Assembly: GCF_006345805.1 (NCBI RefSeq)
Contig: NW_021836706.1
Location: 1-22,983, forward strand
Direction: 5' to 3'
Source of the DNA: Octopus sinensis
Lineage: Eukaryota
DNA: 22,983 nucleotides
Below, in pieces: positions 10,183 to 21,984 of the stretch. The position numbers and the translations under genes are program-made. Numbering within the stretch: the stretch's first letter is position 1; each line of letters opens with the position of its first letter. The notes beneath the pieces are model-generated. The model did no database searches. It saw only the letters and a list, made by a program, of their open reading frames with translations, and had not been told where the DNA came from.

Positions 10183-10361
10183 GCAGACAATTAGCTTTAT
10201 ATTTTCAATTTATTTTTATCTTTCACTTTTTGCAGAAGTCATCCAGAATACTGGAGACTATCTGAGATACAAATACATTAAACAGTTTAGAGACCCCTGC
10301 ATGTCTTCCTCTCCCTCTTCAAGCTACTGAAGTTTTGGGTACAGATGGGCTCTCTCGCTCT

Positions 10362-10781
10362 CTTTTTTACTCTTTTACTTGTTTTTGTCATTTGAATGTG
10401 GCCGTGCTGGAGCACCGCCTCTAGTCGAGTAAATCGACCCAAGGACTTATTCTTTGTAAGCCTAGTACTTCTTCTATCGGTCTCTTTTGCCGAACCGCTA
10501 ACTTACAGGGGCGTAAACACACTAGCATCGGTTGTCAAGCGATGTTGGGGGGGGACGGAACAAACACTGACACACAAACACACACATAGATATATATATA
10601 TATATATATGCATATATACAACGGGCTTCTTTCAGTTTCCGTCTACTAAATCCACTCACAAGGCTTAAGTCGGCCCGAGGCTATAGTAGAAGACGCTTGC
10701 GCAAAGTGCCACGCAGTGGGACTGAACCCGGAACCATGTGGTTGGTAAGCAATCTACTTACCACACAGCCACTTCCGCGCC
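10362..10781 (-). mobile_element. Full-length tRNA-derived SINE (second octopus family) with internal (TA)/(TG) tract
   Basis: Minus strand 5' GGCGCGGAAGTGGCTGTGTGGTAAG (A box), GGTTCCGGGTTCAGTCCC (B box), and a (GAGTAAA)-type 3' tail at ~10362-10380. Confidence 0.88.
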
Positions 10782-11249
10782 TATAGAAGTTTGGAATATA
10801 ATTGTGTCAATAATTATAATCGTTTATATATCTCAGTGCATCACAAACACACAGGCACAAATGCAGACACACACACACACACACACCACACACACACACA
10901 CACACAGACCAAGACATATACAATTGAAGCCTTCACACACACAAAATCCTCGCCTGTCATCCTTCTTTCGTATAAAAATATTGCTACTTGATAACGAAAA
11001 TTCTTTTCCCATAATTAAAGCTGCTAAAACCTTTAATTCCTCTTCAGAATTGTTTTATAATTCTCTATAGTACTTTATTTCACAAACGTAATTTTCTGAA
11101 ACGAACTATTGTTAAATGAATTTGTATCGTTTGCTTCCATGTCAATCATTATATATACCATGTAAATTATTATGATAGGACACTATCATCTAATGAATCT
11201 ATCGTCTGCTCACAGGAATATGGCTGCTATACCTAGCAATCCAGTTAGC

Positions 11250-11940
11250 TTCAGAGATTCCTCACGAAGAGAATGGGGATGACAAGTGAAACACTGGAGG
11301 GTCTAACAAAGAATTTTAGAAATGTACTTCATTGTAATGTTGACTTTAGACGTTGTTGTTTGGGAAGATATCGATGATCAATAGTTATCGAGCAAATGTG
11401 AGATTGATTCTAAAACATGAAAATCTGTCGTCTGATCGTATAACAATATTTTGATCATTTCGCGGTTAATGTCGCTTCTAAACGATTTTCTCAATATTTT
11501 GTTTCTTTCTTTGCTTTGATTTATTTCTTTGATACGAAAGTTTCTTGAGAGTATTCTTCCTCTTGCCCTCCACTTTTCATAAGTGTTTGGCTAGGTTTTC
11601 ATTGTTTAGGGCTCTGCAATATGTTGGTTTCTTTTATTTAATATCTAACCAGGATGTTTTTCATTTGATTTCTCTTATTGTATGTCTCCTTTTCCAAGAT
11701 GAGTTCATTCAATTCTTTAGTAGTTTTGTGTGGTTTGAATTAGTTTAGGTTGTGGATATCCGTTTTCTGGAGTTCTGCTTTGGTTCTCGTTTGGTGTTGG
11801 TATGTAAGAAGGAATAAAGTGTTTCTATGTAGATTTGAGTATTTTGTGCCATTTCATGGAGGGGCATCATCAAGGCATTCATTTTTATCATGGTTGAAAG
11901 TTTTGGTAAATTTCTTCTAATATATTTCAGATTTCAGTGA
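11250..11940 (-). pseudogene. Possible highly decayed CR1/L2-like ORF2 3' end
   Basis: Minus-strand compositional skew plus YCRALNNENLAKHL..KV and a later EVHF motif, weakly like CR1/L2 C-termini. Confidence 0.3.
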
Positions 11941-12834
11941 TTCGGCACAACACCAACACACACAACACACGCACACACACAAACACATAGTACACACACA
12001 CACACTCATGCAACACACCAAATGTGCATTACTGTATAATATATACATATTATATATATATATAATATATGTGTGTGTGTGTGCATAGATATATAATATA
12101 CATGAATATATACGTATATATAATTCTGAAACTGTGTGTGCGTGTTTATATATATATATATATATATATACATATTACACACACAGATATATCACAATTT
12201 GTAAAAATGTACTTAGATTATTTCAAGTTAATTTCAGTTCCGTGGATTGCAAACAGTCTCATACAGTTGCGCATATACACATACACACACAAAAACCCAC
12301 TTCCTCTTCTTTCTTCCGACTCTCTCTCTCTCTTCTATCATTTTCTTTCCCCTCTCTCATTTACATTTCACTAGCACGCCCATCTTTGACTGCTGACGCA
12401 ACCTTTTCATATCGCATTCATATAATGAGAAATAAAGATGCCAATCTATATCTACACACCACACACACACACACACCACACACACCTCACACACACACAT
12501 ATATTATATGCATAATCTTGTGCGTGGTTCCGCTACTTCAATGAAAAAATGTATGGTAAATAAACAAATGACGCACTATATATATATATGTGCACATATA
12601 TATATATATATATAAACATTCACTAACTCTTACGAACAGAGGCTAAACCACTTTATTGGTAAGTTACGATTTTCATTGTATTATATCGGCCATGTATTGG
12701 CCATCGTCCAGCCTCCTCAGCGGCATTTAGGATAGAATAAAAAGGTTCTCCACCGTTAAGACCTCATGAGTTTTTGTCCCCAAATTACCTAAAATGTTTT
12801 TTTATGCTTTTATTTTTACTTCAGTAATTTTCAG

Positions 12835-12998
12835 TTAACCCATTAGCATTGGCACTGGCCACGTCGGCCCAAATATTCTTCCTGTTTTCAGTTGAAACTG
12901 AACAGATCAGCCCTTTCACAGATCAGCCCTTTCATAACGTATGATTACTTGTAAACGATGTGAATAAATAAGTAATTCATCTGAATGTTGAAGGAGTG
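12835..12998. mobile_element. Decayed piggyBac-type (TTAA) MITE with an internal 16-bp tandem duplication
   Basis: TTAA-CCCATTAGCATT at 12835-12850, with an imperfect inverted partner AATGTTGAAGGA at 12984-12995. CAGATCAGCCCTTTCA occurs twice (12903-12934). Confidence 0.45.
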
Positions 12999-13519
12999 TC
13001 CCCTTCTAGCTGGTACAATAAGGAAACAGCAATTCCATCTCAAATTACAACAAGTGGGGTTTTTTTAAGGACACATTTCAGGTACGAGGGAGTGGTTAAG
13101 AATGTTAGTAGTACAAAAAATTGGGTCGATATTTTTCTTAGTAATTGAGTTTTGTTAAGTATTGTTTGAGGCCGAGAAGGGTCAAATGACAGTAGAGGCG
13201 GTTGAATTGCAAACATTTGAAGAAATTTATGATGTGTGTTGGTGAGATTTGGGAGGCTGAGAGGAGGTTGAAAAAGCGATTGATCATAATACTTGGAATA
13301 AATTTGGGATGCGTGTTATATATATTTATATTTCTGTGGGTATCTATATATATGTTGACTACTTTATGTTTTTAATACTGTGTATTAATGTAGGAGTTTA
13401 TATGTTTATATATGTGCGTATATGTGGGTGTATTTGCATGTATGTATGCAAGAGCTTGTATGAACTATTATGTTTTTGTAAATGCAAGTTTGAATATTTC
13501 AGATTTATTGACATATGCT

Positions 13520-13678
<159 letters not shown>

Positions 13679-13759
13679 AGCTATTGGAATGTGTTGACTT
13701 GTCGATTGTCAGGTTGACTCTTGTTTTACATTACAGTTGATGGGCCTCGGGGCTTGCTA

Positions 13760-14410
13760 TAGGATTATTTAGAATTAGTGAAGTGCATGAATGCGGGGCA
13801 GTACTTATGCTTACATGAATAAATAACGTCAGAGAATTGAACAGCGAGGAGTTGTGGAGACGAAGAATAGTTAATGACCCTTTATACATAATATACATTT
13901 ACATATATTGTTGGTTGTAGAGGGGAGCTTCCATACCATGGACCACGATAGAGCGTATTGGACATGTTTTGATTCAGGTTATATATGTTGTTGCTAAAGA
14001 TGAAATAGTTTAGATGTTGGATAGTGAAAGAATACATATGAGCACGACAACGGCATTCAAAATCCTCAGTGCCCCAAATATACACCCTTGCCTGGTGGGT
14101 GCATGTTGTCATCACGTGTCACTTATAGATTACGCTTTTGAGGAGACATGAGCCTGCATACCGTATATTTCAGAAGAGCGACAGTTGCAAATGGGTGGGG
14201 TTTACTATTAGTAATGTTGATGTTGCTTGGTTTGTTGTTAGTGATGAAAATCTAAATTAGGATTTATATTAGTATCGGATTGAGAGTTTGTAATGGAACT
14301 AATATTTGTCGTCTCGTAGATAGGGTTGTAGAATATTGGCTGAAGTTTAGTATTATACAATTCAGGTGGCTTTTTAAGGTTTGTATTATTGTATTCTCAA
14401 AGCTAGCTTG
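13760..14410 (-). pseudogene. Decayed PLE GIY-YIG region
   Basis: Across frameshifts: PPICNCRSSE..CLLKSVIYK.HV..RVYIWGTEDFECRCRAHMYSF..CILCIK..CKHK, matching CNCR..CL..VIYKA..YIG.TE..FK.RY..H..SF..CxLC. Confidence 0.65.
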
Positions 14411-14412
14411 GG

Positions 14413-14893
14413 ATTTTGGGGGTTGGATTTATCCACACATAAAGCCCACCGGTGTTTTATAAAGACTTATGGAACCACGGGTCCGCAGCTAGCTTTGTTG
14501 TTGTTGATGTGTATGTAGTTTCAAAATGTCTTATTCTTCAACTATGAGATGTATTGTTGATTTTTTTGATTTTATCTTACTATAATCAGCAACAAACACA
14601 TTCCGTCAATATTAAATTCTTTATTAGATTTTGAAAAAATCATTATCAGAACATGAAGTTAAAACAAAACAAATATGCTTTGTTTTCTTCCAGGCACCAA
14701 TGTACTGTAGCAATAGTCTTTCATCGACCGACCTTTTCTCTGAAAAAATCAGTGGAATCATTCGATCTCCATACACAAATTATTTTCCTCCTGGAACTTA
14801 TAAAAAAGATACACACATTAGGAGCACCTTTCTCTAAGCGGCACACTAAATTTCCCAGGTAAAAAAATAGCGGATTTACCCGGAAAAATACGG
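14413..14893. mobile_element. Tc2/pogo-like MITE, copy B, lacking its left TIR
   Basis: Matches 5603-6086. Right end GGAAAAATACGG-TA at 14882-14895. The left ~50 bp, including the TIR, are absent. Confidence 0.88.
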
Positions 14894-15754
14894 TATTTCT
14901 CTTTTGTCATATTCATATCGACTTTCATTCCATAAACGTTACACAAACACTTGACTGCGCATGCCTGAATGTTTACATTAAAGTATTTTCGAAGCTAAAT
15001 TCTCTGCCTGATCTACAGGCTCATTAGGCCCCCAGTATATCTCGGTATCGAACGTATTCAACACACAAGGATACAACCACCCGACTGAACAGGATACCAG
15101 TCTGTCGCAATGTTAACCCTGGTTAATGCTGGTACTTTTCAGATGAGTGCACTGGAAGTGTCTTTCTCGTGGACACAACTTTCCGAAACAATAATAAATA
15201 CGCCTATATGTGTGAGTGCGTGCGCTTGTGTACATATCCATGTGTATGTGTGTCTATTTTTGTATGCATGTACACACACACACACACATAATCTTTTATT
15301 CTTTTATTTTTTTTGCTTATTTAAAGGTGAATTTAAAAGTCGTTATGCCAATCACATAATCCCCTTCCGACATAGGACAAAAGTAAAGATACGAAACTTG
15401 CTAAGTTTGGAAGAAAACGAAACACCACATGTGACTGGATAGGAAGTAATTGAGAATCCATAACTCATGTTAATGGATCGAATAAATATAAGCTTTGTTT
15501 AGCTGAAAGAGTGCATATCCTGTTCAGATCTAAGATGCTTAATTCTCTATTGGACTCTAGGTCGGGAATTTTCAGTCGTTGTCAAGTATAAATATATTTT
15601 GAAGAATTAGAAAATTCCGTCTATTCTTGATTATATTTTTGATATCTTTTTAGCCTTATAATTCAAGGTCTAACAAGGAGAACTCTTAAATGCTGTTTTT
15701 ACTTTTCCCTTTTCCCATTTTCGTTTTTGTGCTTTCGCTTTCCGATTTCCGGAA

Positions 15755-16856
15755 CACTGGGCATGCTGTGGAAGACATGCACTGGGGCTGCAGCATCTCC
15801 AAATATTCTGCCTAAACGGTGAACAGGTGTGGTCATCGTTTGTCAAACAGGCTTTTCCACGGTTCATCTCTTTGACTAAGCTGCAGTCCTGGGTCGAGAA
15901 GAGACCGAGGAAGGGTTACTAGCATCTGGAATGTTGCTAGGCACTAACTGTCCTCTACCAGGTGGGCAATGCGATCAGTGGAAAATCCACTCTTGAGTTC
16001 TATGGAGGGTTAGTGGAGGGAAAGTGCGATGAAGCACTTGGAGAGACGCTAGGCGTTGACAAAATTGAACTAACCAGTCTGTTGGGGAGGACTTTCAAGA
16101 CGGGGACGATGGATAACTTCTAGAAGTCCTTTGATTTGTAGTGCTATCGTGGGGCACTGCCGGTTCGAGATAAACTCTACAAGCACGGAAGTACTGTCTG
16201 ACCGACCTACTCGAGGTGTGCGCAGAGCGATGAAAGCGTTCTGCACGCACTCGTCCAGTGTCCTTGCATTACTGACATGTGGAGTTATGTTGAACAGCTG
16301 TTATCACGTGTAGGGTTGTTCTATCTATCGGCCGAGTCCGTAGTGAAGATCGATCAGCCGCTTTCCATCAGTCCGGAAGGTCAGGCAATTTACTTCTGTC
16401 TAATAGCAGTAGCGAAAAAGGCTGTATTGTGGACCAGGTTAAAAGGACTAAAGGCAGAGACTTTTCTCTACGGTCAATCACTCGTCAACTTTTCAAATTT
16501 CTTGGAAAGGAAGATGAGGGTGCAGAGTGAAGTGCTGCCTCCCAGTACATTTGCCAAAGGTGGATATGAATAGCGAAAATGGTACGTGTGAGTGGACCTA
16601 CTCTAATAATGCGCCTGTGGGCCACTGAATTTGAGAGGGAGGAGAGTGCTCTTCCCAGATGCTCTCGAAGCGTCGAGTGGTTCAGGATTGGGGTGGGGTA
16701 CCTGAGCCAACTCCAGGGGATTACCTGCAACTATTACGAACTTCATTGTTATATTCTTTTGTCGGATATCATGTTATTCTTTTAACTGTGTCACACGTAG
16801 TCCCTGCGTTAAATCCCCACTGTCCATGTCTACTGTGTCCTGTTTGTTTACTACCC
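15755..16856 (+). mobile_element. L1/Tx1-like ORF2 3' fragment, subfamily 1, copy B
   Basis: Paralog of 6931-8028. ORF-track 16277-16573 gives WSYVEQLLSRVG..AVAKKAVLWTRLKGLK. Confidence 0.8.
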
Positions 16857-17072
16857 ACAAGGGGCTAAACAAAGAGAGGACAAACAAGGACAGACAAACG
16901 GATTAAGTCGATTATATCGACCAAAGTGCGTAACTAGTACTTCTTCAATCGACCCCGAAGGGATGAAAGGCAAAGTCGAACTCGGAGGAATTTGAACTCA
17001 GAAGGTAACGGCAAAAGAAATACCGCTAAGCATTTCGCCCGACGTACTGAAGATTCTGCCAGCTCTCACCGC
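16857..17072 (-). mobile_element. tRNA-derived SINE, copy B
   Basis: Paralog of 8029-8243 with the same A/B boxes. Confidence 0.85.
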
Positions 17073-17104
17073 ATTTCTACGTATCTTCCTATATGCCGGC
17101 CCTA

Positions 17105-17320
17105 ATGGCAAATAATAATAAAAATAATATATAATAATAATAAAATAAATAATAAAAATAATAATAATAATAATAATAATAAATAATAATAACAACAAAA
17201 TAATAATAATGATAATGATAATAATACTAATATTAATAATAATAGTAATAATATAATAATAATAATAATTATTATTATTATTATTATTATATTATTATTA
17301 TTATTATTATGTTTAGTATT

Positions 17321-17353
<33 letters not shown>

Positions 17354-17388
17354 TATTATTATTTTATTATTATGATATTATTATTATT
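17105..17388. repeat. (AAT)n/(ATT)n microsatellite, copy B left part
   Basis: AAT switches to ATT near 17270. The tract ends at the Dong 3' junction. Confidence 0.97.
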
Positions 17389-20300
17389 CAGTAGTTTTAT
17401 TTTTATAGCGTTCTTTCACTTCACTACCGAGCGCAGCTCTGTGTGCCTTGGGTATGTGCTGTGATTTGTTGTGATTGCTCTGATGGTTATTGTATGGAAA
17501 GTGTTCTGCGTAGGATGTGTGCAGTGCCTAGTAGTGCAATTTCTGTATGTTATATGTGTTTGTAAGTCCTGGTGGTGTTTGTTATGTATTTGTCAGAATA
17601 TTTTTTTATCATGCCTAATGCACCTACTATGATAGGAATTGTTTCTGTTTCAGGTTCCACATTAGTTACCCTATTTCCAGGTCTTTGTATTTTGAGAGTT
17701 TCTCCATTTCTTTTAGAGACACGTTGTCATCTGCCGGTATTGATATATCAATTAGAAAGCATTTTTTTTCTTCATGATCTCTGACACTATATCTGGTCTG
17801 TTGGCCTTAATTTCTCTATCTGGTGTATCGGCAATCCAGAGTATGGTTGCTTTCTCGTTTTCTGTGACCTTTTCTGGTGTGTGCCTATACCATCTTTTTC
17901 TGTTGTTATTCCATAATGTTGGCATAGCTTCCAATGTATGTAGGTTCCAACTTGTCAGTCTGTGAATATTTCCTTCTTAGCCAGGACTGGGTAGCTAGAG
18001 ATAATATGATTATTTTTTCTTTCCATCTCCAACATATTCTGCAGTTACTTGTAATATTTCTTTTCATTACATGTTTTTGGTAATTTCTGGTGGGGAGGCT
18101 TTGGTCTGTGCTGCAATTAAAAATCCCTCTGTTTCTGCTTTGAGTCCTGAGCTTCTCGACCATGCTGGGATTTTTCTTTGTCTATTTCTTTTGCGTGTTT
18201 AGTTTAGTGCAGTATTTACCATGAAGGGGCTTTTTTGCCATCGTTTTATCATGGCTCGTTGCTGTTATATTTTTAGTTTTGATTTCATTTGTTTTATAGC
18301 TTTTGTTGTTTCTTCATCATATTTCTTCTTCTTTGTGTTTATTAGGTGGAATGATTTCTTGTTTTGGATTTGTCAGCTTCCTTAAATACTGAGAAAAGTT
18401 TTTTGTTTTGCTCGTTGTTTTGCTGCTATCTGGATCAGGTTTCCTTCCTTCTGAAGTAGTAGGTATTTTGCAGTCCTATGGTTGTTATTTTATAGTAGTT
18501 TTCCAGCTGTATAGGCCTCTACCACCTTCTATACGTTGTATATATAGTCTTTCTATGTCATATTTTGTGTGATGCATCCTAGATCCTGTCAGTATTTTTC
18601 TTGTTCCTATCTATTTTGGACAGTTCATTTCGTGTCCAGTTAAGGATATTGTAGCTGTAACTTATAACTGGGACAGCTAAAGTGTTGATACCTATTATCT
18701 GTTTTTAGCATTGAGCTCGTTTTTTTAGTATTGATCTAACTCGTCTATAAATTCTTTTTTTATTTTCTCTTTCATTTGTGTGTGTTGTGTCTTATCTAGT
18801 TCATCGATTCCTAAGTATTTGTAAGTTTGGCTTTGGTCTAATTCTTTTTTTCAGTGGTTTTATCTAGTGTGATGTTGTTACTCTTAACTAGTTTTCCTCC
18901 TTTCAGGTTACTTTGGCGCATTTTTCTAATCCAAATTTCATATCTATTTCTTTGGTAAATCCATGAACTGTCTTTAATAGTGTTTCCAGCTGTTTGTCAT
19001 TTGCAGCGTATAGTTTTAGGTCATCCATATATAAAAGGTGGCTGATCGTTTTGCCGTAACATTTATATCTGCATCCAGTTCTATTTAGCATATCAGATAG
19101 AGGTGACAGTGCCAAGCAGAAAAGGAGTGGAGAGAGCGTGTCTCCCAGGAATATTCCTCTTCTAATGGGGATGTCTTTGGTTTTCATGAGTCCCTCTTTT
19201 GTTTGGAGGTGTAGGACTGTTTGCCATTTATTCATAGAGTGCTCTATGAATTTTATGATTGTTGGTGCTACTTTGTTAATGGCTAGTGTTTCGAGGATCC
19301 ATGTGTGGGGGATGCTATCAAACGCCTTTTTGTAGTCAATCCAGGCCATACTGAGGCCTTCTTCTTTCTGTGGCTGTCTTCAGTTACGGCTTTATTAATC
19401 ATTAGTTGATCTTTACAGCCATATGAGCCCTTGCGGCATCCTTTTTGCTCTTCTGGGAACAGTTTGTTTTCGTCCAGGTGCTTGTTCAGCCTTTGCGATA
19501 TCACTGCAGTAAATGCCTTGAACATAGTAGGGAGGCAGGTTATTGGTCTGTAGTTTTCTGGTTTTGTTGTTTCATTTGATTTGGGAATTAAGATGGTTTT
19601 CCTTTTCGTGAGCCATTCAGGCATTGTCTCTGGCTCTGCTAGTATGCTGTTAAAGTTTTCAGCCAGCTTTTTGTGCATTCCTGTTAGATATTTCAACCAG
19701 AAGTTGGGGATCTTGTCATGCCCAGGTGCCTTCCAGTTGCTTAGTTTTTGCAGTGCCTGGGTGACCTCTTCAGTTGTTATGGGAGTCCAAAGTTGTTCAG
19801 ATGCCGAGTTTGTTATTTTCATACTCCTTTTTTTTGGCTGTTCGTTCGCCGACCATATTTCTCACAGAATTCTTCCAATTCTTCTGCCGTTGGTGCTGCA
19901 GTGACTTCTATTTTATTTTTGCCCAGTTCTTGTTAGAACTTTTTGGGGTCGGAGTTGAACTTTTTGTTTTCTTCAAAGAAGCGTTGGCGTTTCTCGTAAC
20001 GGCGGATCCTTTGAGCTTTGGCAAGGATATCTTGCTTCAGCTTTTCTTTTATCTCCGGCAAATCCTTTTCTGTGATGTTATATTTGCGGAGCATTTTTGT
20101 TCTCTTTTTGTTGCTCAGTAGCGTTGCTTGTTTGCTGATTTCATTAAGAATCGACAGGTCTTTTCTAATTTTTTTAATTTTGTTTTGGATGTTATTTATC
20201 CACAGGGTTTGTTTGGGTGGTGGTACTCCTGTTTGGGCGGGTTTGGGTGAGTATCCAGCTTCTTTTGTGGCTGCAGTGGCTGCTGCGTATATCAAGTCAT

Positions 20301-21345
20301 TTAGTTCAGTGATATCACTTTTTTTTGTTTCAGTGGCTAGTTCAGTGACGGCTAGGTTTATGTTGTTTATAATTGGTGTTGTTATTGCGTTTATTTTTAT
20401 TCTTGGGAGGTATGGTCGGTGGTCCATTTTGGGCTCTGTGGTTTTCAGTTCTTTGATTATTTTATTTTTTATATTATCATAATCATTAGGCTCCCCTTCG
20501 TTGTTTACATCGTGTTTGTTGGGAATGTTGCGTTTGTCTTCGTGTTTTACAGTTTCAGTGTTTATATTATTGGGCATTGTTGTGTGGCTTCTATCTACAT
20601 TTTCCTGGTGTATGTTTTCTTTTAGGTGTTCTATTTCTATTTCTGATATTTTTTTTGTGTTGAGAATGTATCTTCGTACGTTAGCTAATTTGTTAGGGTT
20701 CATTGCTGTATCCAAGTCTATATCTCTATTATTTTCGTTCCATATTTCATATGTATGTGTTGTTGTATTTTCATTTTTTGGGTAGAGTATCGCTGTGAAG
20801 TATGCGTGTAAGATAGAAATGTATTCCTCACGTGTCCATTTATGTCTTTTGGGTTTTATTTGCGAGACATGAGGTACAACGTCCGGCCCATTATTTTGAC
20901 GGTCGTCATTTTCTTATGGTACCGGTCCGTTTATTTCTGTTGTCACATTATTTCGCACGTGTAGTTTTTCGTACATTTTTTTGTTGTAGGTTTAATGTAC
21001 GTACCGCTCGATTGTTATTCTTGGGCTGAATAGTATCGGTGGCATTTAATTTCTTCGTAGTTCCTTTGTACATGTTGTTTGAGGTCGGGGATGATCGTGT
21101 TGTTCCACGCATGTTTACATGTGTTGTGTTAGAGGTGGAGATAATATCGAGTCAAAATACATCATTTCTTTTCGAAAATAGTAATAAATTTCAATTAGTA
21201 TTACTTACTCGGATATAGTCCAATTCTTTGTTAGTAAATCTTGGTTCCATAGGGTGTCCTTGTTTTCGATGTTTGTGGATAGGTTTCGGAGCTCTGTATT
21301 TTCCTTCTTACATCTTAACCTCCCCGGTGTCTCCTTAAACGTCCT
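17389..21345 (-). mobile_element. Apparently full-length R4/Dong-clade non-LTR retrotransposon (RT + RLE) in a (TAA)n tract
   Basis: ~3.95 kb, bounded on both sides by (ATT)n and absent at the paralogous site in copy A. Domain order: N-terminal, RT, CCHC, RLE. 3' UTR about 100 nt. Confidence 0.92.
17487..21112 (-). pseudogene. Dong/R4 single ORF, frameshifted in this sequence
   Basis: RHKWTREEY, KLANVRRYI, NWKAPGHDKI, ENYRPITCL, EEQKGC, MAWIDYKKAFDS, GIFLGDTLSPLLF, HLLYMDDLKLY, CRIC..H..SY(C)P, HDKVGTYIHW, KANRPDIV, LIDISIP, KYKDL. Stop at 17487-17489. The start codon at 21112 is tentative. Confidence 0.88.
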
Positions 21346-21365
21346 TATAATTATATAATTATATA

Positions 21366-21460
<95 letters not shown>

Positions 21461-21486
21461 CATTATTATTATTATTATTATTGTTA
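21346..21486. repeat. (ATT)n microsatellite, copy B right part
   Basis: Flanks the Dong 5' end, then rejoins copy-A homology at TTGTTATTGGAATTTTT. Confidence 0.97.
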
Positions 21487-21838
21487 TTGGAATTTTTTCC
21501 GGCTAAACTTTTCACTCACTTCTTTACAATAAAATTATGTCATTTAATGCAAACGTTAATGTGATATTCCCTTCAGTTTCATATTAAAGAAAAGCTTAGG
21601 CAGGGTTGTGTATCTAATTGCATCATACACACAGACACACACACACACACACACATACACACACACACACTCAAAATCGTACGTATCACTCACCTCCTCT
21701 TCTTTCCCCTCTCTCTCTTCTATCACTCCCTCTCCCCACTCTCTCATTTAAACTCTTCCACTTCCACCGCCAATCATCATAAACTGCTGACTGAAACTTT
21801 TCAAATCGTAAGTATATAATTAGAAATACAGATGCTAT

Positions 21839-21899
<61 letters not shown>

Positions 21900-21901
<2 letters not shown>

Positions 21902-21960
21902 TTGATTTTGATTTTGATTTTTCCAGTTTCAGCTCATGAGCTGTGACATGCTGGGGCGCC
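21900..21960 (-). mobile_element. Short SINE 3' fragment with (AAAATC)n tail inside a (TA)n tract, copy B only
   Basis: TTTCAGCTCATGAGCTGTGACATGCTGGGGCGCC resembles the CATTTGAATGTGGCCGTGCTGGAGCACC end of the 10362-10781 SINE. Absent at ~8845 in copy A. Confidence 0.65.
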
Positions 21961-21984
21961 ATATATATATATATATGACTTAGA

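Noticed and set aside
13080-13310. Possible LINE ORF C-terminus on the minus strand (HIINFFK..)
   Set aside because: Too short and decayed to assign.
15110-15442. 110-aa ORF
   Set aside because: Chance fusion of a SINE remnant, a CA repeat and a PLE endonuclease fragment.
19581-20785. Several hydrophobic plus-strand ORFs
   Set aside because: Antisense shadows of the A-rich Dong ORF.
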